Under the pieces are notes generated by a model. That model made no database searches. It saw only the letters and a list, made by a program, of their open reading frames with translations, and was not told the origin of the DNA. The position numbers and the translations under genes were made by a program. From Gaiellaceae bacterium (GTDB taxonomy: Bacteria > Actinomycetota > Thermoleophilia > Gaiellales > Gaiellaceae), in contig DATGDB010000047.1 of the NCBI GenBank assembly GCA_035311205.1, positions 14,914-78,913 on the forward strand: 64,000 nt of DNA. The letters are read 5' to 3'. Shown piece after piece: positions 54,685 to 63,862 of this stretch. Within the stretch, counting starts at the first letter, position 1. Each line of letters opens with the position of its first letter.

Positions 54685-55862
54685 AGGATCATCGGGTCGA
54701 CTGCCATGGCGATGAAGAGCAGGGCCAGATAGGCCAGCGAGTAGTGAAAGAGGATGCCGGCCCGCCTCGGCGTCAGCTCCTGCCGCAACGCCCACGCGAG
54801 CTGGACGAACCGCGCTCCAAGGATTGCGGCCGCGGCCAGGTAGACAGGCCCGAACGTGCCGGTCAGAACCGGGATCAGCGTGAGGCCGACGAGAAACACG
54901 GTATACAGGAGGATCTGCCGCGCGGTCTCCTGCTCTCCTCGGACGACCGGCAGCATCGGGATTCGCGCGGCCTCGTAGTCGCGCTTGATCAGCAGCGCCA
55001 ACGCCCAGAAGTGCGGCGGCGTCCAGAAGAAGACGATCAGGAACAGGTACAGCGCCGGCAGCGCCAGATTCCCCGTCGCCGCCGCCCAACCCACGAGTGG
55101 TGGAACGGCGCCCGCTGCGCCGCCGATGACGATGTTCTGCGGCGTCGAGCGTTTCAGCCATCGCGTGTAGACGAGGACGTAGAAGAGGTTCCCGACGAGC
55201 GCGAGAACGGCTGCAAGCACGTTGACGACCGATGCCAGCAGGACGAACGAGAGCGCCGAGAGCGCAAGCCCGAACTCGAGCGCAAGCTCGGGGCTCACTC
55301 GCCCGTCGGCCACGGGACGCCGCGCCGTCCTGCCCATCGAGCGGTCGATGTCGCGGTCGAGGACGTGGTTCAGTGCGCTCGCCCCGCCACAGGCGAGACC
55401 GAGGCCAAGGAGGGTCGCCGCCAGCAGGCCGGGATCGGGCATCCCCTGCGCCCCCACGAACATGCCGGCCGCGCCGGTCAGGAGCAACAGGGACATGATC
55501 CGCGGCTTCGTCAGAGTCACGTAGTCACGCCATGCGACGGGTGTCGGCCGTTCGCCGCGGTAGAGGCGCGCCGTCGTGACGACGGTCGCCGCGAGGGCCA
55601 GGGCTGCGAGCGCGAGATGCAGCGGCCGCAGCCACCAACTCGCAATGGCAGCGAAGAACAGCAGAAGGGCCGCGAGCGCGACCGGAAACACCGCTCGATG
55701 CGCAAACCAGGTTCCCAAGACCAGCGCGACGAGCAGCGGCGCCGCTACGCCGACAAGCGCGCGGTGCGTGATGCCCAGCTCTCCGCTCACGACCACGAGA
55801 ACGCCGGCCGCAGAAGCGCCGACGCCGCACAACCGAAGCCAGGGTCCCGCCCGGACGCTCAT
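54681..55862 (-). CDS. ctaB: Protoheme IX farnesyltransferase (heme O synthase) with ~105-aa three-TM N-terminal extension
   Basis: The core starts at WRDYVTLTKPRIMSLLLLT, with ASALNHVLDRDIDRSMGRTARRP and NLFYVLVYTRWLKR. The ATG at 55862 overlaps the ctaD stop (ATGA), which supports the long form. Confidence 0.85.
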   Translation of the reverse strand: MSVRAGPWLRLCGVGASAAGVLVVVSGELGITHRALVGVAAPLLVALVLGTWFAHRAVFPVALAALLLFFAAIASWWLRPLHLALAALALAATVVTTARLYRGERPTPVAWRDYVTLTKPRIMSLLLLTGAAGMFVGAQGMPDPGLLAATLLGLGLACGGASALNHVLDRDIDRSMGRTARRPVADGRVSPELALEFGLALSALSFVLLASVVNVLAAVLALVGNLFYVLVYTRWLKRSTPQNIVIGGAAGAVPPLVGWAAATGNLALPALYLFLIVFFWTPPHFWALALLIKRDYEAARIPMLPVVRGEQETARQILLYTVFLVGLTLIPVLTGTFGPVYLAAAAILGARFVQLAWALRQELTPRRAGILFHYSLAYLALLFIAMAVDPMIL

Positions 55863-57490
55863 ACCCGCTCTCCCGCAAGCCGGCGGCGCAGATCACGCAA
55901 CGGCCGTGAGCTCGTCACGTAGGGCACCTTGTCGAAGTTGTGCGGTGGCGGGGGGGAGGTCGTGAACCACTCGAGCGTGTCGCCCAGCCACGGGTCGTTC
56001 ACGGCGCGCGGACTACGCCGCCGCGCCCAGATCACGTTGGCGATGAAGACCAGCACACCGACACCCATCACGTACGACCCGATCGTAGACAGCAGGTTGT
56101 AGACCTCCCACGACGAGTCGGTGTACGTGTAGATCCGGCGCGGCATCCCCATCAGCCCCAGGAAGTGCTGCGGGAAGAAGGCGAGGTTGAACCCGATGAA
56201 CGTCAGCCAGAAGTGCCACTTCCCGAGCGTGTCGTTCAGGTAGCGGCCGAACATCTTCGGCCACCAGTAGTAGAGCGCCGCGAAGATCCCGAAGACGGAG
56301 CCTCCGAAGAGCACGTAGTGGAAGTGCGCGACGACGAAGTACGTGTCGTGCACCTGCCAGTCGAACGGAAAGGCGGCGACGTAGATCCCGGAGAGACCGC
56401 CGATCGTGAAGACGGCGATGAAGCCGAGCGAGAAGAGCATCGGCGTCTCGAAGATCAGGTTCCCCCGCCACGTCGTCGCGAGCCAGTTGAAGATCTTCAC
56501 CCCTGTGGGGACGGCGATGATCAGCGAGGCGACCATGAACCAGATGTCGAGGCCCCAGCCGAGGCCGACCGCGAACATGTGGTGCGCCCAGACGAGCAGC
56601 GAGTAGAAGCCGATTGCCACCGTCGAGAACGCGACCGCCTTGTAGCCGAAGATCGGCTTCCGCGAGAAGACGGGGATGACCTCGGAGATAATCCCCATGG
56701 CGGGCAGGATCATCACGTAGACCTCGGGGTGGCCGAAGAACCAGAAGACGTGCTGGTAAAGGAGCGGATCGCCTCCGTCGCCGGGCAGGAAGAAGTGCGT
56801 CCAGCCCTGCCGGTCGAGGAGCAGCATCGTCAGGCCCGCTGAAAGGGCCGGCAATACGAGGACGAGCAGGGCGGAGTAGATCTCGATCGTCCAGACGAAG
56901 AGCGGCAGCCGCATCCACGTCATCCCGGCGGTGCGCATGTTGTGGATCGTGGCGAGGAAGTTGATCGCGCCGGCGAGGGAGGAGAGCGAGAGGACGTGGA
57001 GGCCGACGATCCACAGGTCCTGTCCGTTGCCGACGGTCTCGACCGACAGCGGCGGGTAGGCCGTCCAGCCGGCCTTGGCAGCGCCGCCCTGGGCGAACCA
57101 GCTCGAATACAGGATCACGCCGCCGAGAAGGAAGAGCCAGTACGACAGCGCGTTCAAGCGCGGGAAGGCCACGTCCCTGGCGCCGATCATCAGGGGCACG
57201 AGGAAGTTGGCGAAGCCGGCGAAGATCGGCACGACGACGAGGAAGACCATCGTCGTGCCGTGCATTGTGAAGAGCTCGTTGTAGGTGTCGCGGGAGAAGA
57301 TGTCGACGTCGGTCGCGATCAGCTGCGTCCGAATGAGCAGCGCGAGGATCCCGCCCGCCAGGAAGAAGATCAGGCTCGTGAGGATGTACAGGATCCCGAT
57401 GCGCTTGTGGTCGACGGTCGTGACCCAGCTCGCAACGCGCCCCTGGTACCAGGGGACGGGGTAGACCGGCGTCTCGACGCGGCTAGCCAC
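55859..57490 (-). CDS. ctaD: Cytochrome c oxidase subunit I
   Basis: 543 aa with DHKRIGILY, FTMHGTTMVFL, WFFGHPEVYVMILP, VWAHHMF and HFHYVLFGG. Confidence 0.97.
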   Translation of the reverse strand: MASRVETPVYPVPWYQGRVASWVTTVDHKRIGILYILTSLIFFLAGGILALLIRTQLIATDVDIFSRDTYNELFTMHGTTMVFLVVVPIFAGFANFLVPLMIGARDVAFPRLNALSYWLFLLGGVILYSSWFAQGGAAKAGWTAYPPLSVETVGNGQDLWIVGLHVLSLSSLAGAINFLATIHNMRTAGMTWMRLPLFVWTIEIYSALLVLVLPALSAGLTMLLLDRQGWTHFFLPGDGGDPLLYQHVFWFFGHPEVYVMILPAMGIISEVIPVFSRKPIFGYKAVAFSTVAIGFYSLLVWAHHMFAVGLGWGLDIWFMVASLIIAVPTGVKIFNWLATTWRGNLIFETPMLFSLGFIAVFTIGGLSGIYVAAFPFDWQVHDTYFVVAHFHYVLFGGSVFGIFAALYYWWPKMFGRYLNDTLGKWHFWLTFIGFNLAFFPQHFLGLMGMPRRIYTYTDSSWEVYNLLSTIGSYVMGVGVLVFIANVIWARRRSPRAVNDPWLGDTLEWFTTSPPPPHNFDKVPYVTSSRPLRDLRRRLAGERV

Positions 57491-58421
57491 CGGGCTGGCT
57501 CCCCTGGCCGAACCGCTGTGTCAGGTAGCCGGTCAGCGCCTGGACCTGCTCGTCGCTCCAGCCCCTCCCGACCGGCGGCATCTTGTTTCGTCCCTCGCGG
57601 ATGATCTGCTCGACCGACTGCGGGCTCGAGACGGTTGCTGCGCTGAGGGCCGGCCCGATGAACCCTTGCCCCTGATCGCCATGGCAGGTCGCGCAAACCC
57701 CTTCGAACTCCTGCTCGCCGAGATCGGACTGGCCTGAGGCCTGGCCCGAGGCCTGCTCGGAGACCCATGTGTCGAACTGCTCGGCCGGGATCACCTGGAT
57801 CTCGTTCTTCATGGCCGCGTGCTGAAGCCCGCAGAACTCGACACACTGCCCTCTGTACGTCCCGACCTTCGTCCCCTTGAACTCGACCTCGTTGGTCCGG
57901 CCGGGGATGGCGTCCATCTTTCCGAAGAGCGCCGGCACCCAGTAGCTGTGGATCACGTCGTAGTCGGGGGCCGTGATGCGCAGCTTGACCACCCGATCCG
58001 CCGGCGCGACGAGCTTGTTGATCGCGACCGCGCCGTTGGGATAGCGGTACTGCCAGTAGAACTGGCGACCCACGACCTGGACCTCGAGCTCGTTGCCGGC
58101 CTCGAGCGACATGCCGGGAAGCTTGTAGAGGGTGAAGCCGGCGATCAGCACGAGGATGATCACCGGCGCCGCCGTCCAGGCGATCTCGAGGCTCGTGTTG
58201 CCGATGATCTGAGGGCCTTCTTCGTGCCGGGGTCGGCCCCGGTTCCTGTAGCGCAGGATGAAGACGACCAGCGGAACGGCGACCACGAGGAAGATCACGA
58301 TCGCGAAGAAGGTGATGAACCAGAACACGTCGCTGATTCGCTCCGCGTTCGGAGATTCCGGCTTGACGGGCGTCAAGCCTGAGGCGGCGAGCAGGGCGGC
58401 CGTTGCCACGGGCTCGGGCAT
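57483..58421 (-). CDS. ctaC: Cytochrome c oxidase subunit II fused to a C-terminal cytochrome c domain (caa3-type)
   Basis: The CuA site is VIHSYWVP...GQCVEFCGLQHAAM. The heme c site is CATCHGDQG, with a distal KMPPVG. Confidence 0.95.
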   Translation of the reverse strand: MPEPVATAALLAASGLTPVKPESPNAERISDVFWFITFFAIVIFLVVAVPLVVFILRYRNRGRPRHEEGPQIIGNTSLEIAWTAAPVIILVLIAGFTLYKLPGMSLEAGNELEVQVVGRQFYWQYRYPNGAVAINKLVAPADRVVKLRITAPDYDVIHSYWVPALFGKMDAIPGRTNEVEFKGTKVGTYRGQCVEFCGLQHAAMKNEIQVIPAEQFDTWVSEQASGQASGQSDLGEQEFEGVCATCHGDQGQGFIGPALSAATVSSPQSVEQIIREGRNKMPPVGRGWSDEQVQALTGYLTQRFGQGSQPGG

Positions 58422-58467
58422 TCTACGAGGGTGGGCCCCAAGACGACCACATCGAGACGCCTCTCAC

Positions 58468-58749
58468 ATGGCTGACGAGTCACGCGTCGAGCTTCCGCCC
58501 GACGTTCCAGAGGACTTCGAGGTCTTCGTCAACGGCGTCCGGCAGGAGCCGGGCCGTGACTACCACGTTCAGGGGCGCACGCTCGTCTTCAACCGCCCGC
58601 TGGCCCAGGAAGGAAAGCTCGGAGCAATGCGCTGGACGAGCATCTTCCTCGGCGTTGCGGGCACCTACCGGAAGGACGACTCGGTCGACGTCGTCTACAA
58701 GCGGGACGGACGCCGGATGGTCGCCACAGGGCTACGGCCGCAAACGTAG
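58468..58749 (+). CDS. Hypothetical small protein
   Basis: 93 aa from the ATG at 58468 (MADESRVELPPDVPEDFEVFVNGVRQEPGRDYHVQGRTLVF...). Codon usage is good. The gene is divergent from ctaC. I recognise no family. Confidence 0.5.
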   Translation: MADESRVELPPDVPEDFEVFVNGVRQEPGRDYHVQGRTLVFNRPLAQEGKLGAMRWTSIFLGVAGTYRKDDSVDVVYKRDGRRMVATGLRPQT

Positions 58750-59661
58750 TACCTGGTTCGAACCGCTCACCGTGAGGCCCGGCTGGGGGCCGCCGGCGAG
58801 TGCGTAAGCGCGGCCGCGGTATCCGACGAGGCCGAGCCCATGGCGAGGACGAGGGAGGCTCGGGAGGCTGGTCCAGCGGCGCGTGCCCGGGTTGTATGCG
58901 AAGACCGTGCGGATCGTCCCGCCGGGCTCCTCTCCACCGGCCGAGACCAGACGTCCTGAGACGGCGGCAGCGGCCGTACCGCCGCGCCGGCCCGGCACCC
59001 GTGGGATGGCGCGCCACCGGTTCGCTCGAGGGTCGTACGCCTCCACGATGTCGAGATTCGTGTCCAACCCGCCGGTGCGGCCGGCGACGGCGTAGACGAC
59101 GCCGCGGAGAGCGGCCGCGCCGAGGTGCTCCCTCGGCCTCGGCCCCGCGATCAGCGACCAGCGTTCCGTGTCGAAGTCGAAGGCGAACGCATCCTGGGCG
59201 AGGCGTCCGGGAGCCTCGACGCCGCCGACGACGTAGAGCTTGCCGCCGGCAACCGCCATGCCCGCGGCCGCGCGTGGGGCAGGAAGGGACGGCAACGCGC
59301 TCCACCGTCCTCCGCGGAGGACGAAGGCCGTCGCCCGAGCCACCGATCCAGGGCCGTAGCCGCCGACGACGTAGAGCTCGGAGCCGCGGCCCGCCGCCAT
59401 CGCGTGGTCGACCCGCACGGGCAGGCTGGGAAGCCGCCGCCAGCGGTTCCGTGCGGGGGAGTAGGCATCGGCACGGCCGGTGTTCTGGCCGTTCGCGAGA
59501 AAGCCGCCGACGACCGCGATCTCTCGGCCGAAGATAGCCGCCGCAACCTCGGTGCGAGGAACCGGAACGGGTGCGGCGGTCCGCCACCGCGGCGGGGCCG
59601 CGCCCGCCAGGCCTGCTCCCAGTAGGACGGCCAGGACCGCATGAGCGAGCGCTCGCCTCAC
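58732..59661 (-). CDS. Secreted Kelch-repeat (beta-propeller) protein
   Basis: Signal peptide MRRALAHAVLAVLLGAGLAGAAP, then repeated blades with the pattern ...VVGG......(A/V)..Y(D/S)P..N(R)W..LP.LP..R.. Confidence 0.85.
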   Translation of the reverse strand: MRRALAHAVLAVLLGAGLAGAAPPRWRTAAPVPVPRTEVAAAIFGREIAVVGGFLANGQNTGRADAYSPARNRWRRLPSLPVRVDHAMAAGRGSELYVVGGYGPGSVARATAFVLRGGRWSALPSLPAPRAAAGMAVAGGKLYVVGGVEAPGRLAQDAFAFDFDTERWSLIAGPRPREHLGAAALRGVVYAVAGRTGGLDTNLDIVEAYDPRANRWRAIPRVPGRRGGTAAAAVSGRLVSAGGEEPGGTIRTVFAYNPGTRRWTSLPSLPRPRHGLGLVGYRGRAYALAGGPQPGLTVSGSNQVLRLRP

Positions 59662-59762
59662 GCCGCGAGACTATTCGATGCCGCCGACGCTCGAACTTGC
59701 GGTCTTGTCGCCGGCCGAATGTGCGGATCCGGAAGGGGGGTGGCTCCGCGTTGTCAGTGCAG

Positions 59763-60126
59763 ATGCGGCGCGCGCTCATCCTTTCGGTGATCGCGGCGAT
59801 AGCCTGCCTCCTGGCACTGCCGGCAGGCTCGCCGATCGGACCCCGCAGCCAAAGACGACGGGAACGGCTCGGGTGGCGGGCTCGTTGCGGCGGTCAAGGA
59901 CCGGGTCAAGGCGCCGTTCGTCGATGCGGCAGGGGTGGTTGGCGGGGCGGCCAAAGGTCTCTCCGAGGGCGTCGCTGACGCAGCCAGTCCGCTCAGCGAT
60001 CCGTTCGTCATCACGCTGATCGGATTGCTGGCCCTCGCCAGCGCGCTACTGGGCGGGCTCGTGCTCGCCCACCTTGCTCGGATCGCGGGCTTCCGCGACC
60101 CGGAGAGTCGCGAGCCTCTCGACTAG
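59763..60126 (+). pseudogene. Possible frameshifted small signal-peptide / C-terminal-anchor protein
   Basis: The ATG at 59763 gives MRRALILSVIAAIACLLALPAGSPIGP, then the frame turns into an Arg-rich wrong-frame tail. The +1 frame from about 59842 gives AAKDDGNGSGGGLVAAVKDRVKAPFVDAAGVVGGAAKGLSEGVADAASPLSDPFVITLIGLLALASALLGGLVLAHLARIAGF..*. The switch point is at the C4 run at 59841-59844. Alternatively only the GTG 59935-60126 ORF (63 aa) is real. Confidence 0.35.
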
Positions 60127-60719
60127 GCCGAGACTCCGTCCAGCAGCGTCCAGTTGCCGTCGAGCGCCGCTTCGGCCGCGGCCACCAGGCGATCCTCGTC
60201 GGCCGGCGATGCATGCGCTTCGAGCAGCTCGCGTGAGTGCGCGGCGTGCTCGTGGTCGAGCTCGGCGTGGACGCGGAAGTACGCCGTCCCGGCGCCGCTC
60301 CGTTCGAAGCCGTAGTGCTCGACGAGGCCGTCGAGCTTGGTGGTCGAGACCTCCGGCTGGCCGGCCTCGATCGCGTAAAGGACGGCCAGCGCCTCGAGTG
60401 GATCGGCCGCGGCTGTCCACGCCGAGACACAGCACTCGGTCTCGTCACGCGGCGCACGATCGGGCTCGCTGTCGAGCGAGGAGGCGAACTCGTCCCAGAG
60501 CCCGACATGCGAGTGCTCCTCTGCGGCATGCTCCGAGCCCGCGAGCGGCGCCGCCGTGTCGGCAGCCGCGGCGAGCGCGACGACAGCGTGCCGGTACTCG
60601 CCGGCGTAGTCGGCGAGCTCCTCGCGGGTCAACTCACCGCGCTCCCAGCGGGTGTAGAAGGGATGCTCGAGGATGTTGCGTCGCCGACGGGCTTCGTCGA
60701 GACGGGCGATGAGGCGCAT
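60123..60719 (-). CDS. Heme-oxygenase-like fold, iron-containing redox enzyme family protein (PqqC/TenA/CADD-like)
   Basis: ATG at 60719, 198 aa: ILEHPFYTRWERGELTREELADYAGEYRHAV ... EHAAEEHSHVGLWDEF ... LYAIEAGQPEVSTTK ... YFRVHAELDHEHA. Confidence 0.75.
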   Translation of the reverse strand: MRLIARLDEARRRRNILEHPFYTRWERGELTREELADYAGEYRHAVVALAAAADTAAPLAGSEHAAEEHSHVGLWDEFASSLDSEPDRAPRDETECCVSAWTAAADPLEALAVLYAIEAGQPEVSTTKLDGLVEHYGFERSGAGTAYFRVHAELDHEHAAHSRELLEAHASPADEDRLVAAAEAALDGNWTLLDGVSA

Positions 60720-60756
60720 GAGTGTCCTTTCCGTCGAGTAGCGCGAAACGTCGATC

Positions 60757-61062
60757 CTAGTAACGCAGCTTGATGCAGTCGGGGCAAATCGAGTGAGTGA
60801 CCTGCTCTTCCTTGACCTTGCGATCGACCCCCGACACCGACGGGAGATCGTCCTCTTCCATCCACTCGGAGCCGAGCGAGTAGCGGCCGCACCAGGCGCA
60901 GCGGACAAGGAGACCCTCAGGGTCACGCTGGAGCTGCAGCGCCTCCTGGAGGACGACGCTGCGCGCGACGGCACGGCGAACCTCCTCGATCGCGGCGTGC
61001 GCGCGAGTTTCGACTGCCTCGTAGCTGTCGGTGCCCCCCGCCGTGCGGCGGCGTGGTTGCAT
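60757..61062 (-). CDS. Hypothetical small zinc-ribbon protein
   Basis: 101 aa with the pair CAWCGR ... CPDC. Codon usage is acceptable. Confidence 0.5.
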   Translation of the reverse strand: MQPRRRTAGGTDSYEAVETRAHAAIEEVRRAVARSVVLQEALQLQRDPEGLLVRCAWCGRYSLGSEWMEEDDLPSVSGVDRKVKEEQVTHSICPDCIKLRY

Positions 61063-61112
61063 CGCTTCTTCAGCGTGTCACATCGAGCAGCGTTCGCACA
61101 ACGGCTCTGACG

Positions 61113-62249
61113 ATGCGGCGGGCGAAGATCCTGCTCGGCTTCGCGGCGCTCGGCGTCTACTGGGGCGCCTGGGGCGCCGCTCTCCCGGCGGTCCAGGACC
61201 GCTCGGAGGCAACCGATGCCGAGCTCGGCTTCGCGCTCCTGCTCGTGGGAGTCGGAGCGCTCGTGTCCATGCGGGCAACCGGCGTGGTCATGGACCGCTT
61301 CGGGCCGATGCTCACGCCGCTCACGATCGGCGCGCTCGCCGTTTCCGGCGTTCTCCCGGGGCTGGCCGCATCGCCGCTGCAGCTCTCGCTCGCCCTCGCC
61401 GTCCTTGGAGCCGCATCCGGAGCGGTGGACGTCGCGATCAACGCCGACGCGGTGCGAGAGGAGGTTGCTTCAGGGCGGCCGCTGCTGAACCTCGCACATG
61501 CGAGCTTCTCGGCCGCGGTTGTGGTCGCCAGCCTGGCGACGGGTCTCCTTCGCTGGGCGGGAGCCGGAGCGCCGGCCGTGTTCCTGCTCGTGGGCCTGGT
61601 CATCGGGGTCAGCGCGGTCCTCGTCCGGCCGGGCCGTGGCGAACCGTGGATCGCTCCGCCGTCACACGAGCGGCCGCGGCTCCTTCAGCGCGTGCCCAGC
61701 TGGCTGCTTGTCCTCGGTTGCCTCGGCGCCTTCGCCTTCTGGATCGAGAGCGCCTGGCAGAACTGGGGCGCGGTGTACCTCGAACGCACGCTTGACGCCG
61801 CAGCGGCCTTGAGCGCGCTCGGGCCGGCCTTCTTCGCCGCCGCCATGACGGCCGGGCGGCTCGGAGGGAACCGCCTGCTCGAGCGCTGGTCGGAGCGGCG
61901 CTTGCTCGTCACGGGGTCGGTGGTCGCCGGAGTCGGCACGATGGTGGCCGCCGCTGCACCAACTTCGGCTGTCGCGCTGGCCGGCATCGTGCTCGCAGGA
62001 GCCGGCTGCTCGGTGTTGGCGCCGACCGTCTTGGGCCTCGCCGGCGGAGCTGCGGCGAGCAGCGAACGCGCGACGGTGATCGGATCGGTCACCACGCTGA
62101 TGTATCTCGGCTTCCTCGTCGGGCCGGCGGTCGTCGGCGGGCTTGCCGACGTCGCGAGCCTGCGGATCTCACTCGGCAGCGTCGGCGTCCTGGCGCTGCT
62201 ACTGGCCTTCCTGTTCGTGGTGGTGCCGCTGCCCGAGCGGCGCCGCTAA
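61113..62249 (+). CDS. MFS transporter
   Basis: ATG at 61113 (MRRAKILLGFAALGVYWGAWGAALP...), 12 hydrophobic segments. The GTG at 61053 would overlap the divergent zinc-ribbon gene. Confidence 0.8.
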   Translation: MRRAKILLGFAALGVYWGAWGAALPAVQDRSEATDAELGFALLLVGVGALVSMRATGVVMDRFGPMLTPLTIGALAVSGVLPGLAASPLQLSLALAVLGAASGAVDVAINADAVREEVASGRPLLNLAHASFSAAVVVASLATGLLRWAGAGAPAVFLLVGLVIGVSAVLVRPGRGEPWIAPPSHERPRLLQRVPSWLLVLGCLGAFAFWIESAWQNWGAVYLERTLDAAAALSALGPAFFAAAMTAGRLGGNRLLERWSERRLLVTGSVVAGVGTMVAAAAPTSAVALAGIVLAGAGCSVLAPTVLGLAGGAAASSERATVIGSVTTLMYLGFLVGPAVVGGLADVASLRISLGSVGVLALLLAFLFVVVPLPERRR

Positions 62250-62505
62250 GGCGGGACGATCGTCGGCTCGCCGCCTGCGACCTCGGGCGGCGGCGGAGCG
62301 GGCGGCGGAGTCGGCCGGCGCCTGCGCCGAATGTCGAGCGCAGTCGCGGCGACCATCGCAGTGATCGCAATCGCAATCGTCCAGAAGCCGATCTGCCGTG
62401 CCGCTTTCGAATGTCCCCCCGCCGACGAGCGCTGCAGGCCCCTACAGAGGCGCCGAACGGTTCCCGCTTGACAAGCTCGGGGCGAAGGTGAGAGAGTCGC
62501 TTCGT

Positions 62506-62551
62506 CGAGTCCTGTAGGCCTTCGGGTTTGCAGGACTCGGCATTTTTCGTT
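62506..62551 (+). terminator. Strong UUCG-capped hairpin plus U-tract in the long leader of the DEAD-box helicase gene
   Basis: cgagtcctg-ta-ggcc-ttcg-ggtt-tg-caggactcg followed by gcaTTTTTcgtt. A -35-like TTGACA (62468-62473) and the hexamer GAGAGT 18 nt later lie just upstream. Confidence 0.5.
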
Positions 62552-62665
62552 GCTACTGTGTTCGCCACGGACGGCAATCCAGCCGCCCTGTGAGATGAGC
62601 TTCTCGTTCCTTCTTCGGCAGTTTCGAGGCAGGCGAATCTCGAACCGCAACTGAAGGAGTCGAAC

Positions 62666-63862
62666 GTGCCACCGAAGTCTTTCGCGGACCTCGGCGTAGC
62701 CGAACCGATTAGCGCCGCCCTCGCGCGCCGGTCGATCCACACGCCGTTTTCCATTCAAGAGCTCGTCCTGCCGGACGCCATTTCCGGCCTGGACGTGCTC
62801 GCCAAGTCACCCACAGGATCGGGCAAGACACTTGCCTTCGCTGTACCGATCGTGCAGCGTCTCGAGGACGGTAATTCCCGGCCGTCGGCGCTCGTGCTCG
62901 TTCCAACACGCGAGCTCGCGACACAGGTCGCCGAGGAGTTCGCCGACATCGGCCGCGTTCGTGGCCTCGAGGTGGCCGCCGTCTACGGCGGAACCTCTGT
63001 CGCTGCCCAGGCGAGGGCTGCGAAGAGCGCACACATTCTCGTTGCCACCCCCGGTCGGCTCGAGGACCTCGCGAGGCGCCGACTCGTCAAGCTCGACGGC
63101 ATTCGCATCCTGGTCCTCGACGAGGCCGACAGGATGCTGGACATGGGCTTCCAGCCACAGGTCGATGCGATTGTCCGGCGGCTTCCGGGTAATCGCCAGA
63201 CGATGTTGTTCTCGGCGACGCTCGACGGCGAGGTCGCGGAGCTCGCGCGGGCCTACACTGACAGCCCGAGCCGGTTCGACGCGCAGCTTCCGACCCATCT
63301 CGAGCGCGGCGAGACTGAGCACCGCTTCGTCGGGGTCACGGCCGACACCAAGGTCGTGACGCTCGTGGAGATGCTTGGACACGAGGATGGGCTCACGCTC
63401 GTCTTCGTCCGCACGAAGCGTGGCGCCGACCGGCTGGTGCAGAGGCTCGCCCGCCATGACGTCAAGGCCCTCGCGCTGCACGGCGACATGAACCAGCGCG
63501 CCCGCGAGCGCGCGCTCGAGCGCTTCGAGTCCGGGAAGGTCTCGACTCTCGTCGCCACGGACGTCGCGGCGCGCGGCCTCGACCTCGATCACATCACGCA
63601 CGTGATCAACTTCGATCCGCCCGCCGACGACAAGGGCTACATCCACCGCGTCGGCCGCACGGCTCGAGCGGGGCGCGACGGGACTGGGATCACGTTGGTG
63701 CTACCCGAGCAGCAGGCCGAGGTGAGCCAGTTCGCACGGAGCGTCGGGGAGCACGGGCAGTTCGAGCAACAGGGAATGCGCGTCGCCCCCACGCGGCTCG
63801 TCTATTCGGGCCGCGGACGCCGCTCCCGCTGGGGCGCGCCGCCGAAGCGTCGCAAGATCTAA
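62666..63862 (+). CDS. DEAD-box ATP-dependent RNA helicase
   Basis: The GTG at 62666 has GAAGGAG 7 nt upstream. Motifs: Q-motif FADLGV..., AKSPTGSGKT, PTRELA, VLDEADRMLDMGF, SAT, ATDVAARGLD and HRVGRTARAG. The tail is basic. Confidence 0.95.
   Translation: MPPKSFADLGVAEPISAALARRSIHTPFSIQELVLPDAISGLDVLAKSPTGSGKTLAFAVPIVQRLEDGNSRPSALVLVPTRELATQVAEEFADIGRVRGLEVAAVYGGTSVAAQARAAKSAHILVATPGRLEDLARRRLVKLDGIRILVLDEADRMLDMGFQPQVDAIVRRLPGNRQTMLFSATLDGEVAELARAYTDSPSRFDAQLPTHLERGETEHRFVGVTADTKVVTLVEMLGHEDGLTLVFVRTKRGADRLVQRLARHDVKALALHGDMNQRARERALERFESGKVSTLVATDVAARGLDLDHITHVINFDPPADDKGYIHRVGRTARAGRDGTGITLVLPEQQAEVSQFARSVGEHGQFEQQGMRVAPTRLVYSGRGRRSRWGAPPKRRKI

Noticed and set aside
54660-55922. 420-aa ORF on the plus strand
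   Set aside because: It is antisense to ctaB and has an extremely Arg/Glu/Asp/Gln-rich composition.
61715-61735. Third occurrence of GCGCCGAGGCAA (minus strand), possibly another copy of the glnA leader block
   Set aside because: It lies antisense inside the MFS coding sequence, matches only 12 nt, and is not followed by the AGCCUC hairpin or a U-tract. It is most likely chance in GC-rich DNA.
62246-62758. 170-aa minus-strand ORF whose C-terminus looks like a TM helix plus Pro-rich tail (IGFWTIAIAITAMVAATALDIRRRRRPTPPPAPPPP...)
   Set aside because: Its 5' half is antisense to the helicase start and leader. No canonical start precedes the TM segment except the ATG inside it (36 aa). The evidence for a real small protein is insufficient.
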